This document shows positions 60,288 through 64,000 of a stretch of 64,000 nucleotides of DNA, one piece after another. How positions within the stretch are numbered: the stretch's first letter is position 1; each line of letters begins with the position of its first letter. Under the pieces are notes generated by a model, which saw only the letters and a program-made list of their open reading frames with translations, ran no database searches and was not told the DNA's origin. This DNA comes from Candidatus Latescibacterota bacterium (lineage in GTDB: Bacteria > Latescibacterota > UBA2968): contig OZ242320.1 of assembly GCA_965208125.1 (NCBI GenBank), positions 768,001 to 832,000 of the forward strand. The letters are read 5' to 3'. Both the position numbers and the translations under genes were made by a program.

Positions 60288-63200
60288 TTAGAATCTCATC
60301 CGCAAACCAAAGTGAAACTCGCGAGGTGTATCCTGGAACCGCAGAAAATCACCCACATCGCCGTATTCGATATATTCGGGATTGTCCGGCAATGGCGTGT
60401 AAATCACACCCCATTCCACGTATTCAGACCCCACTTCCACCAGCTGATTATCCACGCGATACCAGATATGCGGGTCTTTCTGGTTGAAGAGATTAAAGGC
60501 TTCGAAGAAAGCCGTCACGCTCGCGCGCCTGTTAAACTTAAAGGTCTTCTCAAAGTTGAGATCTGTGCGCGTGTGGATCGGGCCATTGTAGAAGCCTTCG
60601 CCGCCTCTTTCTGGCGGAGAATAGAAAAACCTGCGCCCCGTGAACAGGCGATACACCGTATTCAGGCGCAAATTTTCAAACGGATGAAAACCCACAAACC
60701 GCGGACCAAACTTGCTGGGCGACGTAAACATAAAGGTCACCGTGCCAAAGTTGGTTCGGTTCAGGTTGGCGGGCCGAAATTCCTGAGACTGGTTGTTGCG
60801 CTGCAACCAGGTCGAGGCGCCTTTGCCATCCCAGTTGAGCAGGCTGTTTTCCGGGTCCAGCGACCAGTTATTGCGCCCAACAGCATCTTCGATCAGTTCG
60901 AGTTGGTTGCGCGTGTTGTTGCCAAAAGCATTTCCACGTGAAAAGCGCGTAATACCATCCATGGGCCGCGGGAACTCTTCGCCCGTATCGCTGCCATTGA
61001 CAATACCGGGACCATAAACACCTTCTTCGGTAAGAAAATCACCGTCGCCATTGGAATCGTGTGTCCACTCATACCAGTAATGCGACAGATAATTGCCAGC
61101 ATTGTCGATATAGCCGGCATAATTGCCGAAGTTCGACGGATTCTTGGTCGCCAACCTGTCTGGATTGACATAGTGATGGCCGCGAACACCCGAGTTGCCA
61201 TTTTCAACCCACTGCACATTGTAGGCAATCGTAAACGCCGTCATGTAGTTGAATTTCTTTTTAACAGACAACTCAAAGCCGCGCGTGTCGCGGTTATTCG
61301 TCTGACCCGATGCATTCACCGACCTTTGATGCTGCAAACCCTGAGATTGGTGGCGATAGCTACCACCACTGCGGCGGTTGATCTGTTGCTTGTAATACGC
61401 CGTTATACCCGCCGTGTAATCCGTGATGAAGTTCCAGTCTGCACCCACTTCAAAACTCGTGGTCACCAGCGGCACAATCTTCGGCCATCCCCACTGTCCC
61501 GCATCCACGACATCCAGTGTATTGTACAATTCAGATTCGTCAATCCGCCCATTCTGGTTCAAATCCAGAAATTCCTCTTCGGTGCGGTAGCTGTGCGAGA
61601 AAATCCACCAGAATTGCTCAATCTGTTCAAACTTGCCAAAGGTGAAGTGCATCGCGCTGCTCTCCGTAATCGGATGCGACACACCCACACGCGGCGACAG
61701 CACATGGATTGCTCCCGGACGATGGGTCGGGATATTCTCGATCTTTGTCGGATCGTGATACTTGTACAGAGAAAGAAAATATTCCGATTGCGGCATCTCG
61801 GTATTCGGACTCCAGCGCAAACCGCGCAAGCCCACATTCACCACAATCCCCTCAAACTCCATCTTATCTTGGAAATACACGGCGTATTGACGCGGCACCA
61901 CGCCGACCTGGGGATTGTTGAACTGGCTGTAATACCTCTCGATCAAACCTCTGAAGTCGTTTTTATTGCGAGAGAAACCCCAGTTGTCGTAGAACAAAAA
62001 GTCAATACCCGTTTTGATGAAGTGCCCTTTGGTCACCTGGCTGGAATAATCGACCTTGAGCTGATAGCGGTCGCGCTCTGAATTTGTCCAGTTCACCACC
62101 GGGCGGCCAATGTAAAACCAGCCAGAGTCATTGCCAATACCCGGCTCGACATAGGGCTGATCTGTATTGAAGGGCAGTTCCGTATTCACCTCAGATGTAC
62201 GAGAATACGAGAACCGGATTTCGTAAAACGTGCGCGCCGACAGCGTGTGCGTCAAAGACGCGTAATTCATAAAATCGCGCGTGCGCAACTTGCCCGCCCC
62301 CGAGTATTCGGCAGGCACAAAGAGGTTGCGACCAGAAGAGTTCATATTCTTGCGCGAACCCTGTTCAATGCGCCGAATAACGCCTGCATTGTACCGAGAA
62401 CGCTGATTGAATATAGACCCATAGTTAAATCTGATGTTATTACCCGGGCGATACGTCAACTTTAAGTTCGTGCGGTTGTTAGGCAGTGATACCGCCGTGG
62501 GCGCGGGCAAAGCCGAGGGATTGCGATTTACCGAAGACGTCAACGTGAAGCCCAGCTTTCTCATAATCGGACCACCCAGCATTGCTTCGCCGCGACCGCC
62601 CCACACGCCCGTGTAATCCTGGCGTACGTGAACCTTGCGCTGAACATCGTCGGTGGCAAACTGAGAATCGGTTATCTCGCCCGTCTGATTGTCGTGACCC
62701 AGAATACCGTCGGGACCCGGGTACCACGCCTGCAAATTCTCCCACTCGGGATTGCCCCACTGCATCCTGCCGCGATGCACGGGTGCTTCATACACATTTG
62801 CTCCCCAGTGCTTTTGTCCGGGAGGCGTAATGCGATATTCACCTCTACCCGTGTACCTCTGACCACCTTCTTTGGTCACCACGGAAACGACAGAACCCGC
62901 ATTGCCGTACTCCGCATTCATCCCGCCGCTCAACACCGTCAGTTCTTGTACGGCACTCGTGTTCACGCCCTGAAACCGCGTAAATCCGGCACGCGCATCG
63001 TTATTCACCACGCGCACCCCATCAACCATATACGCCGTCTCCCAGAAGTTGCCACCGCGAACACTCTCCTCTTCGTCGGGGGTCACGCCCGCTTGCAACT
63101 CCACAAAGTCCGACATTTCTCGGACGATCGGCAGTGACTCGATCTCTTCTGCCGTAATAACGGATTTACTCTCCGTCTTGTCGTGCTCCACTGGCGGACG

Positions 63201-63566
63201 CTCTGCAACCACGATCATCTCGCCCAATTGGAGCGCTTCTTCCTGCATCTCGAAGTTCACCGTCGTGGTATGGTCAACATTGACGATCACACCCTGGCGA
63301 ATAGACTTTGAATACCCCATCATCACCGTTTCAACATCATAGGTTCCCGGCGGAATATTAATGATGAAGTATTCGCCCTCCTCGTCGGTGATCCCGGCGC
63401 GTTTCACGCCATCGATATCGATCACCACATTGGCACCGGGCAGCGGATCACCTGTAATCTCAGTGACTCGTCCACTGATTTTACCCGTTGTGGCCGCTTC
63501 TGCCAATCCGGTGCTGATCACCAGAGCGACCAGCAGACCCAGACAACACAATAATCGCTTGCTCAT
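60288..63566 (-). CDS. TonB-dependent receptor (CarboxypepD_reg-like N-terminus, plug, barrel)
   Basis: TGKISGRV..GDPLPGANV, G.Y.I.NIPPG.Y, VRGG..E..Y.VDG, SGG.NAEYG, QDKMEF, SPR.GVSHP, terminal Phe. Confidence 0.9.
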   Translation of the reverse strand: MSKRLLCCLGLLVALVISTGLAEAATTGKISGRVTEITGDPLPGANVVIDIDGVKRAGITDEEGEYFIINIPPGTYDVETVMMGYSKSIRQGVIVNVDHTTTVNFEMQEEALQLGEMIVVAERPPVEHDKTESKSVITAEEIESLPIVREMSDFVELQAGVTPDEEESVRGGNFWETAYMVDGVRVVNNDARAGFTRFQGVNTSAVQELTVLSGGMNAEYGNAGSVVSVVTKEGGQRYTGRGEYRITPPGQKHWGANVYEAPVHRGRMQWGNPEWENLQAWYPGPDGILGHDNQTGEITDSQFATDDVQRKVHVRQDYTGVWGGRGEAMLGGPIMRKLGFTLTSSVNRNPSALPAPTAVSLPNNRTNLKLTYRPGNNIRFNYGSIFNQRSRYNAGVIRRIEQGSRKNMNSSGRNLFVPAEYSGAGKLRTRDFMNYASLTHTLSARTFYEIRFSYSRTSEVNTELPFNTDQPYVEPGIGNDSGWFYIGRPVVNWTNSERDRYQLKVDYSSQVTKGHFIKTGIDFLFYDNWGFSRNKNDFRGLIERYYSQFNNPQVGVVPRQYAVYFQDKMEFEGIVVNVGLRGLRWSPNTEMPQSEYFLSLYKYHDPTKIENIPTHRPGAIHVLSPRVGVSHPITESSAMHFTFGKFEQIEQFWWIFSHSYRTEEEFLDLNQNGRIDESELYNTLDVVDAGQWGWPKIVPLVTTSFEVGADWNFITDYTAGITAYYKQQINRRSGGSYRHQSQGLQHQRSVNASGQTNNRDTRGFELSVKKKFNYMTAFTIAYNVQWVENGNSGVRGHHYVNPDRLATKNPSNFGNYAGYIDNAGNYLSHYWYEWTHDSNGDGDFLTEEGVYGPGIVNGSDTGEEFPRPMDGITRFSRGNAFGNNTRNQLELIEDAVGRNNWSLDPENSLLNWDGKGASTWLQRNNQSQEFRPANLNRTNFGTVTFMFTSPSKFGPRFVGFHPFENLRLNTVYRLFTGRRFFYSPPERGGEGFYNGPIHTRTDLNFEKTFKFNRRASVTAFFEAFNLFNQKDPHIWYRVDNQLVEVGSEYVEWGVIYTPLPDNPEYIEYGDVGDFLRFQDTPREFHFGLRMRF

Positions 63567-63636
63567 TTACGACCCTCCATAAAAAATGGTGAGTGGGATA
63601 GTCCAGTTCCCCCATACTGGAGAACTGAATCTCTAT

Positions 63637-64000
63637 TTACTCGAAATAATATTTAAAACTCACACCAGCATCCACTGTCCCGATCGGAAACGCCTTGTTC
63701 ATTCCCCAGGCGGTCAATGGATTGATCTCGCCAAAAATGAGATTGTAGCGCACGCGAAAATCAAGCCCATACGAAGAACCCAGCGATCCCTCAAAACCCG
63801 CACTTATGGGAATTGTCCACGCTGTCCGCGTATCCTCTGTGGGCACCAACCCGTGCAATAACACCTGACCATTGTCAATTATGCCGATGTTATCCCTCTG
63901 AGCTTCGGTCAGATTCTTGGTATCCAGAGAGGAATTCGGATTGCCCGGATACACCAGCGATATCTGCACGCCGCCGCGATCCACCTCTTCTGGAATATCG
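63637..64000 (-). CDS. C-terminal part of a probable outer-membrane beta-barrel protein, 5' end outside the window
   Basis: Frame stays open to the window edge. Alternating amphipathic strands ending ...AGVSFKYYFE. Confidence 0.6.
   Translation of the reverse strand, partial: DIPEEVDRGGVQISLVYPGNPNSSLDTKNLTEAQRDNIGIIDNGQVLLHGLVPTEDTRTAWTIPISAGFEGSLGSSYGLDFRVRYNLIFGEINPLTAWGMNKAFPIGTVDAGVSFKYYFE

Overview
Bacterial chromosomal window of about 54 tightly packed CDSs, mostly on the minus strand. No rRNA, tRNA, CRISPR array or intact transposase was seen. The content is catabolic and accessory: 10 PhyH-like Fe(II)/2-oxoglutarate dioxygenases, 4 Cys-type sulfatases, 2 enolase-superfamily enzymes, several oxidoreductases and hydrolases, pyrE, a SusC/SusD pair and an orphan RND permease, interspersed with small selfish-type genes (hicAB, DUF433, AAA-DUF4143, retropepsin). 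This profile resembles FCB-superphylum sponge/marine lineages such as Latescibacterota; that placement is inference only. The most notable structures are: (i) an outer-membrane module of beta-barrel, TonB-dependent receptor, large FN3/T9SS-CTD-like protein, PorV-like barrel and unknown lipoprotein, with no SusD; (ii) three mosaic DUF1800 paralogs around one Tat-exported DUF1501, with a 162-bp MITE and phased TATACAA repeats upstream; (iii) a PhyH lacking the Fe-binding Asp. All product calls come from motif recognition by eye, not database searches.
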